A stretch of 64,000 nucleotides of DNA, from positions 2,304,001-2,368,000 of the forward strand of contig CAVWVQ010000003.1 of NCBI GenBank assembly GCA_963758525.1, given 5' to 3'. This stretch comes from an uncultured Phycisphaerales bacterium (GTDB lineage: Bacteria > Planctomycetota > Phycisphaerae > Tepidisphaerales > Tepidisphaeraceae). This document shows, piece by piece, positions 1 to 9,164 of this stretch. The position numbers and the translations under genes were made by a program. Each line of letters opens with the position of its first letter. The first letter of the stretch is position 1. The notes beneath the pieces are model-generated. The model did no database searches and was not told the origin of the DNA. It saw only the letters and a program-made list of their open reading frames with translations.

Positions 1-453
1 GCCGATCACATGTCCAAAATGAAGGACAAGGCGATCGTCGGCAACATCGGCCATTTCGACAACGAAATCGACATGGCCGGCCTGAAGAAGTTCCCGGGCA
101 TCAAGAAGCTCAACATCAAGCCGCAGTATGACATGTGGACCTTCGCCGACGGGCACAGCGTGCTGATCCTCGCCGAAGGGCGCCTGCTGAACCTGGGCTG
201 CGCCACCGGGCATCCGAGCTTCGTGATGAGCAACAGCTTCACCAACCAGGTGATCGCTCAGGTCGAACTCGCGACCAACAACCAGAAGTACGCGAAGAAG
301 GTTTACGTGCTCCCCAAGCACCTCGACGAGAAAGTCGCGAGGTTGCATTTGGCGAAGATCGGCGCCAAGCTCACCACTTTGAGCAAGACCCAGGCCGACT
401 ACATCGGCGTCCCCGTCGAAGGACCGTATAAGAGCGAGCACTATCGCTATTGA
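1..453 (+). CDS. ahcY: Adenosylhomocysteinase, C-terminal part (5' end outside the window)
   Basis: Motifs [31 protein letters not shown] and [14 protein letters not shown]; ends [10 protein letters not shown]. Confidence 0.97.
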   Translation, partial: ADHMSKMKDKAIVGNIGHFDNEIDMAGLKKFPGIKKLNIKPQYDMWTFADGHSVLILAEGRLLNLGCATGHPSFVMSNSFTNQVIAQVELATNNQKYAKKVYVLPKHLDEKVARLHLAKIGAKLTTLSKTQADYIGVPVEGPYKSEHYRY

Positions 454-467
454 GCAACGCACGGAAG

Positions 468-535
468 AGGGTTCAGGGTGTCAGCGTTCAGGTTTCAGCA
501 AACGGCTGATCTCCTGAAGCTGACGCCCCGAACCC
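468..535. repeat. Degenerate AGGGTTC-family heptamer repeat, G-rich arm followed by an inverted C-rich arm
   Basis: agggttcagggtgtcagcgttcaggtttcag ... ctgaagctgacgccccgaaccc. Confidence 0.7.
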
Positions 536-558
536 ATATTCGAATTTTGGAAAAATGC

Positions 559-771
559 ATGGAGATTGAAGATACCCTCAAGCGGGAATCGTATCGTGAC
601 TTTAGTCTTGTCCAACTCGGTCAGCGGAACGCCACGACAACACGTTGGCACATCACCCGGAAAGAATCCGGAATGAACCGCAGCTACGGATTCGCAACAT
701 CGGAGCATGACGCCAAGTCGAAGATTGACGATTTGCTCAAACGCAGATTGGAAGGAAGAGAGCCGGTCTAA
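559..771 (+). CDS. Hypothetical protein (~70 aa)
   Basis: ATG at 559 inside ORF 478..771, whose 5' part overlaps the repeat; stop lies 2 nt before the next gene. Confidence 0.55.
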   Translation: MEIEDTLKRESYRDFSLVQLGQRNATTTRWHITRKESGMNRSYGFATSEHDAKSKIDDLLKRRLEGREPV

Positions 772-773
772 TC

Positions 774-1427
774 ATGCCGTCGGTTCTGTCGTTGCAGACG
801 GGTCGCGTGTCGCCGCTCGGCCCGAAGGACGTGCCCAGCGCCTTCGTGAAGCGCCCCATCACCGGCAGCGTTCGCGCCCAAGTGCTCGGACTTGAGGGAG
901 ATGAACAGGCAGACCACAGGGTGCATGGCGGACCTGACAAGGCTGTCTACTTCTACCCCTCCGAACATTACCCCAATTGGATTGCCGAGGCGCCGCAACA
1001 CGAACAGATTCTGACGCCGGGAGCATTCGGCGAAAACGTCACATCGGTCGGCCTCGACGAACAGACCATCGCGATCGGGGATGTTCTGGAGATCGGCTCT
1101 GCCCAAATGCAGGTCACCGAGCCGCGGCAGCCCTGCTTCAAACTCGCACTCCGCTTCAACGACAAGCTCCTGGGCCGGGCGATGATGCAAACCGGCCGGA
1201 CCGGCTGGTATGTCCGCGTGCTGAAAACCGGCGAACTGCGGGCCGGCGATCCCATCCGCATAGCCCGCCGCCCCAATCCGCACTGGACAATTGGCCGATT
1301 CAATCAGTTCATCATTGGGCGCTCGGCGTCCAATGAAGAATTGAGCCAGCTCCTCGAACTTGAGGGTCTTGCCGCCGACTGGCAGAAAAGCATCCGCGAG
1401 GCGCTGGCCACCCGCGACGGGGCCTGA
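774..1427 (+). CDS. MOSC-domain protein with 3-alpha domain (YiiM-like)
   Basis: GLEGDEQAD..HGGPDKAV, GAFGENVT, QVTEPRQPCFKL, GRTGWYVRVL. Confidence 0.92.
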   Translation: MPSVLSLQTGRVSPLGPKDVPSAFVKRPITGSVRAQVLGLEGDEQADHRVHGGPDKAVYFYPSEHYPNWIAEAPQHEQILTPGAFGENVTSVGLDEQTIAIGDVLEIGSAQMQVTEPRQPCFKLALRFNDKLLGRAMMQTGRTGWYVRVLKTGELRAGDPIRIARRPNPHWTIGRFNQFIIGRSASNEELSQLLELEGLAADWQKSIREALATRDGA

Positions 1428-1577
1428 TCCGGCTGAGTTGTCATTGCGCAGCGTTCGCCCGCGAAATCGCCGGTCTTACTGGGGCAACACCGAAAGCGCG
1501 GCCTGGATTGACGCACCGCCACGTTTCTTTCGAGCAGAAAAGCAAGATTGCTATCAGAAATTTCGCTTTTGACGCCT

Positions 1578-1604
1578 TTCGCACGGGTTGGAAACCCGTG
1601 GTAC
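1578..1604. repeat. REP-like palindrome (single copy)
   Basis: ttcgcacgggttggaaacccgtggtac, identical to 42035..42061. Confidence 0.85.
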
Positions 1605-1613
1605 AAAATGTGT

Positions 1614-3074
1614 ATGGCCAAGAATCGCACGCAATTTCTTTGCAATCACTGCGGCAGCGTTCATGCCAAGTGGATTGGGAAATGTCCGGACTGCGGGACG
1701 TGGGACAGCCTTGAGGAATACAAGGCGCCGACGCCAGATGCGCGGACCGAGCGGACCCGCGGCGCCACGCAGACCGGCGATTTGGCGCACGGCGGCGAGG
1801 CGTTGCCGCTGACTGAGATCGACGAAGCCGAAGCGCCGCGCCGGCCGACGGGAATCGCCGAGTTCGACCGGATCCTCGGCGGCGGAATTGTTCCCGGATC
1901 GGTCGTTCTCATTGGCGGCGAGCCGGGAATCGGGAAATCGACGCTGCTGCTGCAAGTGGCGAACGCGATTGCGGAAGAGGGAAGAAGGGACAAAGGGACA
2001 AAGGGACCAAGGGACGAAGGGGAAGCGGGAGGCGGCGGTTCCCCTCCCTCTGTCTCTTCCTCTCCGGTTCTGTATCTCACCAGCGAAGAATCGGCCCGTC
2101 AGACAAAGCTGCGTGCCGCGCGGCTTGGCGTCACTTCACCGCGACTGCTGGTGCTTGCCGAAACGAACGTCGAGCGGATCGTGAATCAGATCCAGCGTAT
2201 CCGGCCCGGCGTGGTCATCGTTGATTCGATCCAGATGATCTACAAGCCCGACATTCCAGCCGCTCCGGGCTCGGTCACTCAGCTCCGCGATTGCTGCATG
2301 GAACTGGTTTACCTGGCCAAATCCAGCGGCGCGGCCATCCTGCTGGTCGGACACATCACCAAGGCCGGCACGCTCGCCGGGCCGAAGATCATCGAGCATA
2401 TCGTTGACACGGTCATTTATTTTGAAGGCGATCGTTTTCACGCCCATCGCATCGTACGCTGCGTGAAAAATCGCTTCGGCAGCACGCACGAGGTCGGACT
2501 CTTCGAAATGACCGGCGGCGGATTGCGCGAAGTGCTCGACCCGGGGAACCTGTTCCTCGAACAATACGGCCCGCAGGGCCCGCCCAGCGGAACGGTGATC
2601 ACCGCTGCAATGCAGGGTTCGCGCGTACTGCTGGTCGAAGTGCAGGCGCTGACGGCGTCGAGCGTCATCGGCGCGGCCAAGCGCAAAACCAGCGGCGTCA
2701 GCTCCGACCGCGTGGCGATGATCCTGGCGGTCCTTGAAAAGCGCGCTGAGCTGCGGCTCGCGGCGGACGATGTGTTCGTCAATGTCGCCGGCGGGGTCAA
2801 GATCATCGAGCCGGCGATCGATCTGGCCGTCGCCCTGGCGATCGCGTCGGCGCACATGAATCGGCCGCTGGCGGCGGGAACGATCGCCATCGGGGAGTTG
2901 GGACTTGGGGGAGAAGTGAGATCCGTGCCGCAGATCGAGCACCGATTGCGCGAAGCCGCGCGGCTCGGACTGCAACACGCGATCATTCCCCACGCCGGGG
3001 CGGATCTGGCGAAGTTCAAAGGGCTGGAGCAGACGCAGGTGCGGCGATTGGCGCAGGCGATGGCGCGAATGTGA
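1614..3074 (+). CDS. radA: DNA repair protein RadA/Sms
   Basis: Zn finger CNHCG..KWIGKCPDCG, Walker A GEPGIGKS, KNRFG motif, Lon-like C-terminus; carries a repeat-derived insertion. Confidence 0.97.
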   Translation: MAKNRTQFLCNHCGSVHAKWIGKCPDCGTWDSLEEYKAPTPDARTERTRGATQTGDLAHGGEALPLTEIDEAEAPRRPTGIAEFDRILGGGIVPGSVVLIGGEPGIGKSTLLLQVANAIAEEGRRDKGTKGPRDEGEAGGGGSPPSVSSSPVLYLTSEESARQTKLRAARLGVTSPRLLVLAETNVERIVNQIQRIRPGVVIVDSIQMIYKPDIPAAPGSVTQLRDCCMELVYLAKSSGAAILLVGHITKAGTLAGPKIIEHIVDTVIYFEGDRFHAHRIVRCVKNRFGSTHEVGLFEMTGGGLREVLDPGNLFLEQYGPQGPPSGTVITAAMQGSRVLLVEVQALTASSVIGAAKRKTSGVSSDRVAMILAVLEKRAELRLAADDVFVNVAGGVKIIEPAIDLAVALAIASAHMNRPLAAGTIAIGELGLGGEVRSVPQIEHRLREAARLGLQHAIIPHAGADLAKFKGLEQTQVRRLAQAMARM

Positions 3075-3088
3075 ACGGACGCCTCGTG

Positions 3089-3118
3089 GCATGGGCGTCC
3101 GGCGCGTCCGGCCCATGC
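3089..3118. repeat. Hairpin or REP-like palindrome between convergent genes
   Basis: gcatgggc-N14-gcccatgc. Confidence 0.5.
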
Positions 3119-3158
3119 TGGTTGCAAGTAGCGGGGATCGAGTGAAATGCAGGCTCGG

Positions 3159-5138
3159 CTACGCGGAGAGGGCGAGGGCGGAAGTTTCGAATTTCTTCTC
3201 GATTTCTTCGGCCGGAACGGGCCGGCCGAAGAAATATCCCTGCATCATTTCGCAGCCGTGGCGGATGAGGAATTCGCGCTCGCACTCGGTCTCAACCCCC
3301 TCGGCCAGCACGTTGATTCCCAGACTGCGCCCCATCAGGAGAATGGCGCGGATGACCGCGGTGCGGCTGCTGGTCTCGGCGTCGCCCTCCTCGGCGTCGC
3401 GATCGGTATCAGCCGGTGGCGGGGCGTCGATCGCCTCGACGAACGTGCGATCGATCTTGAGAGTGTCGATCGGCAAACGATGCAGATAGGAGAGCGACGC
3501 GTATCCGGTGCCGAAATCATCGATCGCCAGAGTGACCCCCGTGCGGCGCAGCGAGGCGACTTTTTCCGTTTCCTCCGGCGTGTTGTGCATCAACAAACTC
3601 TCGGTCAGTTCAAGCTCCAGCCGCCGGGGATCGAGTTGCGTTTCAGCCAGGATCCGCGCCACGTTGGCGACGAAGGCCGGTTGCGTGAACTGCAGCGCCG
3701 ACACATTGACCGCGATTCGCAGTTGCGAAAGGTTGGGCCGGTCGCCCCATGCCTGCAGCTGCCGGCAGGCTTCGCGCAGGACCCACTCACCCAGTTGCAG
3801 GATCAAACCGCTCTCTTCAGCGATTGGGATAAAGCGGCCGGGAGGGACCATGCCCAGCCGGGGATGCTGCCAGCGAACCAGCGCTTCCACCGCGAAACAA
3901 TGGCCGCGGAAGTCAACCTGTGGCTGATAGTGCAGGCGAAACTCCCCATTTTCGATGGCCCGGCGGAGCTCCCCCTCCAATTCGATTCGCTCCAGCGCCG
4001 CAGCGTTCATCTCGGGCGCGAAAAACGCCATTCCACCGCGGCCCTGCGACTTGGCACGCGAGAGCGCCGCTTCGGCGTTGCGCAGAAGCGTCGGGCCGTC
4101 GGTCCCATCGATCGGGAAGAGGCTGACGCCCAGACTCGCCGTCAGGAACAGTTCGCGGCCATTAATTGCAAACGGCGCGGCAAGAACTGATAGGAGTTTT
4201 TCGGCAATGGCCGCCGAGCCGCGGCGGTCGTCCAGATTGCAGGCAACAAACAGAAACTCGTCCCCCTTGAGGCGGGCCAGCGTATCGCTGCGCCTCACGG
4301 AGCCTTGCAGTCGCTCCGCGATCGCACGCAACAGCGCGTCGCCGTCCGCCTGGCCGAGGGTGTCGTTGATAAACTTGAACCCATCGAGGTCCAGGAGGAA
4401 CAGACCTACCTGCTCCTCGGTGCGCCGCGATTGGTTGAGGGCTTGCGTGAGGCGGTCCTGCAGCAACGCGCGGTTGGGCAGGCCCGTGATCGCGTCATGC
4501 AGAGAGTGATGCGCCAGCCGCTGGCCCAGTTGATGCTGCTCCAGTGCGATTCCCGCCTGAGCGGCGGCAGTGCGAACCAGTTCCGTCTCGTGTTCAGTGG
4601 GAGTTCGGTATTCGGGCATCAGCAGGCAGATCGCCCCGCTCGGGCAGCCGCGCGGCGTCGGGATCAGCGCGGTCCAGCATCCGAGCAGGTTCATCCGCTG
4701 GCACAGCGCGCGCTGCGATGTCCAGATGGGGTCTGCGACAACGTCACTGGCCGCGATCTCGGCCCAAATCGCAGAGGTGTGGTCCTTCCGCTGGTTGAAT
4801 GCATCGGAGCTCGCGGCTACCGCGATGGCTGCGGTTTCCATCAGGCTCTGGTCATCCTCATCGGGGCGGGTTGCGAAGAATTTGCCTTCACCGGGGATGA
4901 GTGCCGCGACGCGCGACCCGGGAAATTGCAGTTCGAGCATCTTCGCTAGGCCGCGGAGAATGATCTCGACAGACTCTCCGGTCACCACCTGATGAAAGAA
5001 GCGCCGCCGGTCAGCGTCCAGGTGCCGAAGCTGCACCAGCTCGGCCGACGGGCTCCCGGCGGGGGGCGGAATGCGAACGCCCGGCTGGGTGATGGCCTTT
5101 GAGCCACGCATACGGGCTTTTTGCGTTTGCCACGGCAT
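3159..5138 (-). CDS. GAF-GGDEF-EAL c-di-GMP signalling protein (start uncertain; alternative 5111)
   Basis: HDAITGLPNR, DLDGFKFIND, RLKGDEF, EALVRW, IDDFGTGYASL, AEGVET, MQGYFF. Confidence 0.93.
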   Translation of the reverse strand: MPWQTQKARMRGSKAITQPGVRIPPPAGSPSAELVQLRHLDADRRRFFHQVVTGESVEIILRGLAKMLELQFPGSRVAALIPGEGKFFATRPDEDDQSLMETAAIAVAASSDAFNQRKDHTSAIWAEIAASDVVADPIWTSQRALCQRMNLLGCWTALIPTPRGCPSGAICLLMPEYRTPTEHETELVRTAAAQAGIALEQHQLGQRLAHHSLHDAITGLPNRALLQDRLTQALNQSRRTEEQVGLFLLDLDGFKFINDTLGQADGDALLRAIAERLQGSVRRSDTLARLKGDEFLFVACNLDDRRGSAAIAEKLLSVLAAPFAINGRELFLTASLGVSLFPIDGTDGPTLLRNAEAALSRAKSQGRGGMAFFAPEMNAAALERIELEGELRRAIENGEFRLHYQPQVDFRGHCFAVEALVRWQHPRLGMVPPGRFIPIAEESGLILQLGEWVLREACRQLQAWGDRPNLSQLRIAVNVSALQFTQPAFVANVARILAETQLDPRRLELELTESLLMHNTPEETEKVASLRRTGVTLAIDDFGTGYASLSYLHRLPIDTLKIDRTFVEAIDAPPPADTDRDAEEGDAETSSRTAVIRAILLMGRSLGINVLAEGVETECEREFLIRHGCEMMQGYFFGRPVPAEEIEKKFETSALALSA

Positions 5139-5319
5139 CGATGCTCGAATACGCCTTCAAATTCTTGCGGCACTTCAAACTGTTCATCGATATCATCGGT
5201 GGATTCTGGACAAATGATTAAGTCGGGGCGGTGCGAAGATTTGGCGCATCGCAAATTGACTGATAACTCCCGTTTTTCCACAAATAACGGCGGCGACACC
5301 ACGAACGGGGGGTGTCAGA

Positions 5320-5643
5320 TTATTGCGGGCTGATCGAACGCAGATAATGGAACGAGTAGATCCCGCTCCCATGGTTGTCGGACCAGTCGATCCGCAGCGC
5401 ATAATTCCCGACCAACTCCGCGGAGGTCGCGGAAATCTCCCGTGCCCAATTGCCCGGCAGCAGCCGCAGCGGCGACTTCTTCTGACCGGCCTCCCCGTCG
5501 CGCACCCCCTTGCATTGGGCGCAGGGGCATAGGGTGCGCAGCATCGAAATGCTGAAGACGGATTTCACACCATCCTCCCAGTCGATTTCCAGCTTCTCGT
5601 CCTTCTTGAGATTCAGCCGGATGGGGTTGGTACTGGGTGCCAT
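5320..5643 (-). CDS. DUF971 / gamma-butyrobetaine hydroxylase N-terminal-like protein
   Basis: LRTLCPCAQC, VGNYALRIDWSDNHGSGIYSFHYL. Confidence 0.9.
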   Translation of the reverse strand: MAPSTNPIRLNLKKDEKLEIDWEDGVKSVFSISMLRTLCPCAQCKGVRDGEAGQKKSPLRLLPGNWAREISATSAELVGNYALRIDWSDNHGSGIYSFHYLRSISPQ

Positions 5644-5664
5644 GAGCGTCCGGTCGTTTTGAGT

Positions 5665-6919
5665 TCAGATGATGGTGCGCGCGCGGTGGAAGAAGAGATT
5701 GACGACACGCGCGGCCAGTTCATCCTGATAGATCACTTGCTGGGCCGTCTGGTCATCGATCCAGAAGTGGTATTTCGGCTGCAGAGCGCTGTCAAAAAGC
5801 GCCTGGCCGGCGGAGAGCGGAACGAGCCGATCCGAGCCGGCACAGATCACCAGCAGCGGTCGAGGCCAGAGATTCTGAACGTCGCGCGCGGGGGACCAGT
5901 TGAAGAGATTGACCCCGCACTGGGCGCCGGCCAGCGGCAGCGCCATCCGCGCGACAAACGGTGCAGCCATTGGCGTGAGGTGTTCCTCCGCAAGTGCTCC
6001 GAGCCATCCACCCAGATCATCGAACGGATCGATCGCCGCGACCGCGTCGATGGCTTGGCCTTCGGGGCTGGGTTCGCTTGCCGCCCCGATCAGGGCGGCG
6101 GCTCCGATGTCGATTCCCAACCCGAGAATTCTTTTGCATTGGTCAGGATGCTGCGCTTTGAGCCATCGCACGGCGCCCAGCACGTCGCGCCGCTCGACTT
6201 TGCCGAAGGTGCTCAATTGACCGCTGCTCTCCCCGTGCGCGCGAAAGTCGAATGCCATCACGTTGAATCCGCTGGAGATCAGATTCCGGGCAATCGGGAG
6301 CACGCTGGCCTTGTCTCCGCCGAAGCCGTGGCACAGCATCACGGTTTCCCGGGCTGCATCCGGCGGCGCGTCGGGCGTAATCCACCAGCCGCGCAGAGAA
6401 GTGCCGTCGGTTGCGCGAAAATCGACGGTCTCAAACGGGGCGTTTAAGATGGTCGCCGGCGTACCCGGGTGAACTATTTTGGGCCGGAACGACAGGAGCA
6501 TCGCTGTCAGAACAGTAATTCCCACGCCGCCCATCACCGCGCCCTTGCCGGCGATCAGCAGCCCGGCGGCGATCGCGAACAGCCGGCGGCGGGCATTGGA
6601 CGTGCTGCGTGCGATGCACGCGCGGAGTGCTCGGCGCATCCAGCGATTCAACAGCAGATTCACGGCCGCCAGCCCGCACAGCGCCGCGGTCATCCAGTAG
6701 ATCGTGATCGCGGTTTGAGCCGCCGGCACCTGCGCCAAGCATCCAGCTCCACATTTTGGCCACGGCAAGTCCGAACAGCCCGCCGGCCAGGAACAGGCCC
6801 GCCAGCGACTGGGGGGCGACGCAAATCGAGCCCGTCCGGTTGCCTCGCACCGTCTGCCACACCGCCGCGATTGGCAGCAGGAGATAGACGAATGGAACAA
6901 GGCGGTACAGGCTGAGCAT
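5665..6919 (-). CDS. Membrane-anchored alpha/beta hydrolase (frameshift near 6735)
   Basis: Hydrophobic N-terminus in one frame (MLSLYRLVPFVY...) joins a frame carrying LRGWW, CHGFGG and DFRAHGES. Confidence 0.8.
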
Positions 6920-6995
6920 CAGGGTTCCCCTATTGTAGGAACATTGCCCGGCGTTGAGATAGCATGCATCGCGGAGTATTTTGACGACACATCGC

Positions 6996-7370
6996 ATGCC
7001 CAGCGGCCCCGAAGAAACCATCCTGGAAGCCCTCAGTCGCCACAATCGCGAATCGGAAACCGAAGCCGTCGAGATTCTTCGCGACCAGCGGCGCGGGTTT
7101 CTGCAGAATCTGCGCGGCTGCTGGAGCGCCGATTCGTCGGTCCGACGGGAATCGCGCCTGAGGGTCACGCTGGGCATGCCCGGCGTCGTGCGGCTGTTTT
7201 ACCGCTACATCCTGCGCGGCGGGTTCATCGGATCGTACAGTTTCGATCGCGCGGCGATCCAGGCGACGCGTGAGCATTGGACGGAGATGAAGGTCCGCGA
7301 GCGCGAACAACCGTGGCGCCAAGAAACCGACGCGCTGGTCCAACGCCTGCTGCGGGAGCGGGCCAACTAA
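6996..7370 (+). CDS. Hypothetical protein resembling the C-terminal domain of the adjacent GT2
   Basis: RHNRESETEA and RLFYRYILRGGF align by eye with KHIRYADLES and RFFWMYFLRLGF; TAATG overlap with the next gene. Confidence 0.75.
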   Translation: MPSGPEETILEALSRHNRESETEAVEILRDQRRGFLQNLRGCWSADSSVRRESRLRVTLGMPGVVRLFYRYILRGGFIGSYSFDRAAIQATREHWTEMKVREREQPWRQETDALVQRLLRERAN

Positions 7371-8278
7371 TGACCACATCCGGCGGACCGCGTATCGAAG
7401 TGCTGATCCCGACTCTCAACGAGGCCGAGCACATCTCCGAAACCGTCGCGAACGCGCTGGCCCTGGGACCGGTTTTCGTGCTCGATTCGTTCAGCACCGA
7501 CGGAACGCAGGCGCTGGCCAGGGCCGCGGGGGCAACCGTCGTCGAGCATCCGTTTGCCGACTACGCATCGCAGAAGAACTGGGGGCTCGAACATGCCGGG
7601 CTCACCGCCCCATGGGTCTTCATTCTCGACGCCGACGAACGCATCACGCCGGCGTTGCGCGAGGAGGTGCTCAAGAAGATCCAAAGCGAGCCGGAGGTCG
7701 GTTACTACGTCAACCGGCTGCTGATTTTCATGGGCCGAACCGTCCGTCATGGCGGGCTGTATCCATCCTGGAACCTGCGGCTGTTCCGCCGCGACCGCGC
7801 CCGCTACGAGCAACGCGCGGTTCACGAGCACGTCGTCTGCGACGGTCCCACCGGCTTTCTGGGCTCCGGCATGTTGCACATTCGTCGTGAAAGCATGACG
7901 CGTTATCTCGAAAAGCACATCCGCTACGCCGATCTGGAAAGCGACGAATGGGTGAAATGGCGGCTGGGCGAAAGCACCGGCGCCCCCGCCGCGTCGCTGT
8001 TCCGAAGCCATCTCCGCTATCGCCAGTGGCTTCGCCGTCACGTCTGGCCGCGCCTGCCATTGCGACCGCTGTGGCGATTTTTCTGGATGTACTTTCTCCG
8101 CCTCGGATTCCTCGACGGCCGGGCCGGCTGGCATCTGGCGCGGCTGATGGCCTCTTACGAATACATGATCACGCTGCTGTACAGGGAAAAAAGGGGAAGA
8201 CAAGGTCGAAACGGCAGAGCCGCGGCCGCTCCGCGAACATCCGCCGAACCGGCGTCCAATTCCGAATCAGGCCCCTGA
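7370..8278 (+). CDS. Glycosyltransferase family 2 (LPS beta-1,4-glucosyltransferase-like)
   Basis: LIPTLNE, DSFSTDGT, QKNWGL, LDADE, VHEH, LGFLDG. Confidence 0.93.
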   Translation: MTTSGGPRIEVLIPTLNEAEHISETVANALALGPVFVLDSFSTDGTQALARAAGATVVEHPFADYASQKNWGLEHAGLTAPWVFILDADERITPALREEVLKKIQSEPEVGYYVNRLLIFMGRTVRHGGLYPSWNLRLFRRDRARYEQRAVHEHVVCDGPTGFLGSGMLHIRRESMTRYLEKHIRYADLESDEWVKWRLGESTGAPAASLFRSHLRYRQWLRRHVWPRLPLRPLWRFFWMYFLRLGFLDGRAGWHLARLMASYEYMITLLYREKRGRQGRNGRAAAAPRTSAEPASNSESGP

Positions 8279-8306
8279 GCGGATCGCCGGTTCTGGCGTA
8301 TCACAG

Positions 8307-8353
8307 GAAATCTGGAATTTGAGATCTGAGATCTGAAATCATTTCATTTCAAA
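8307..8353. repeat. GARATYT-type heptamer repeat between convergent genes
   Basis: gaaatctggaatttgagatctgagatctgaaatcatttcatttcaaa. Confidence 0.65.
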
Positions 8354-9164
8354 ATATCCTCGAAAGCTCCACCAGTGTTTGGCTGAGCCAGGCATCGCCC
8401 CATTGCGAGCGGCCCCAGAGCAGCAGCGACCCGGCCGCGACGGGAGTGAGCGCGGGATCAGTGAGCGCGGCAAAAATATCCTTGCTGGTCGTCTGGATCG
8501 CGATCAACTCATGATGCTCGTCAGGCGCCATCCGTGCCTCCAGATCGGCGCGGACAAGGGACGTTTGAGCACGCAGAATCAATTCTGGCTGACGAAGCCG
8601 ATGATCTTCAACGATCCCCAGGCACCGGATGTCCGTCACGTCGGACTCGAGGAGCCCGGCCTCTTCCAGCAACTCGCGCCGGGCGGCGAGAAACGGATCG
8701 CCGCCGTCGCGCGGCTCCAGGGCGCCGGCGAAGGGGTGCAGCCGGCCGGGATAATAGACGACCGATTCGTTGCGCCGTCCCAACATCAGAAAACCGTCGG
8801 CGGTTTGCAAGGGTACGCTGACGCCGACAGAATTAGCCAGCACACAGGGCCCGTGCTGATCGGCCAGATGCGAGTGATACAGATTGGTCCCTAGAAAAAT
8901 GCGGTAGCTGGTCGGGCTCAAATCAAGCGATAGCTGTGCCGTGGTTGCTTCGAATCGTTCGAGCCGGCACATCGGACCATCGAAGAGCGTGACGCCGCTG
9001 CGCTGGGCAACGGCCCACGCGGCGTCGATGCGCTCGCGCACTGGCGCTTCGGCGTGCCAGGAACTGGCAACCATCCGGACGCGCACCTGCCCCGCATGCC
9101 AGTCCCCTGAGGCGCGAATCGTGAGCGCGCCCGCGGCGGGATTCAGCCGCTCTGCGTTTGCCAT
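8349..9164 (-). CDS. NUDIX hydrolase (NUDT22-like)
   Basis: LFDGPMCRL; Nudix box GALEPRDGGDPFLAARRELLEEAGL. Confidence 0.85.
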   Translation of the reverse strand: MANAERLNPAAGALTIRASGDWHAGQVRVRMVASSWHAEAPVRERIDAAWAVAQRSGVTLFDGPMCRLERFEATTAQLSLDLSPTSYRIFLGTNLYHSHLADQHGPCVLANSVGVSVPLQTADGFLMLGRRNESVVYYPGRLHPFAGALEPRDGGDPFLAARRELLEEAGLLESDVTDIRCLGIVEDHRLRQPELILRAQTSLVRADLEARMAPDEHHELIAIQTTSKDIFAALTDPALTPVAAGSLLLWGRSQWGDAWLSQTLVELSRIF

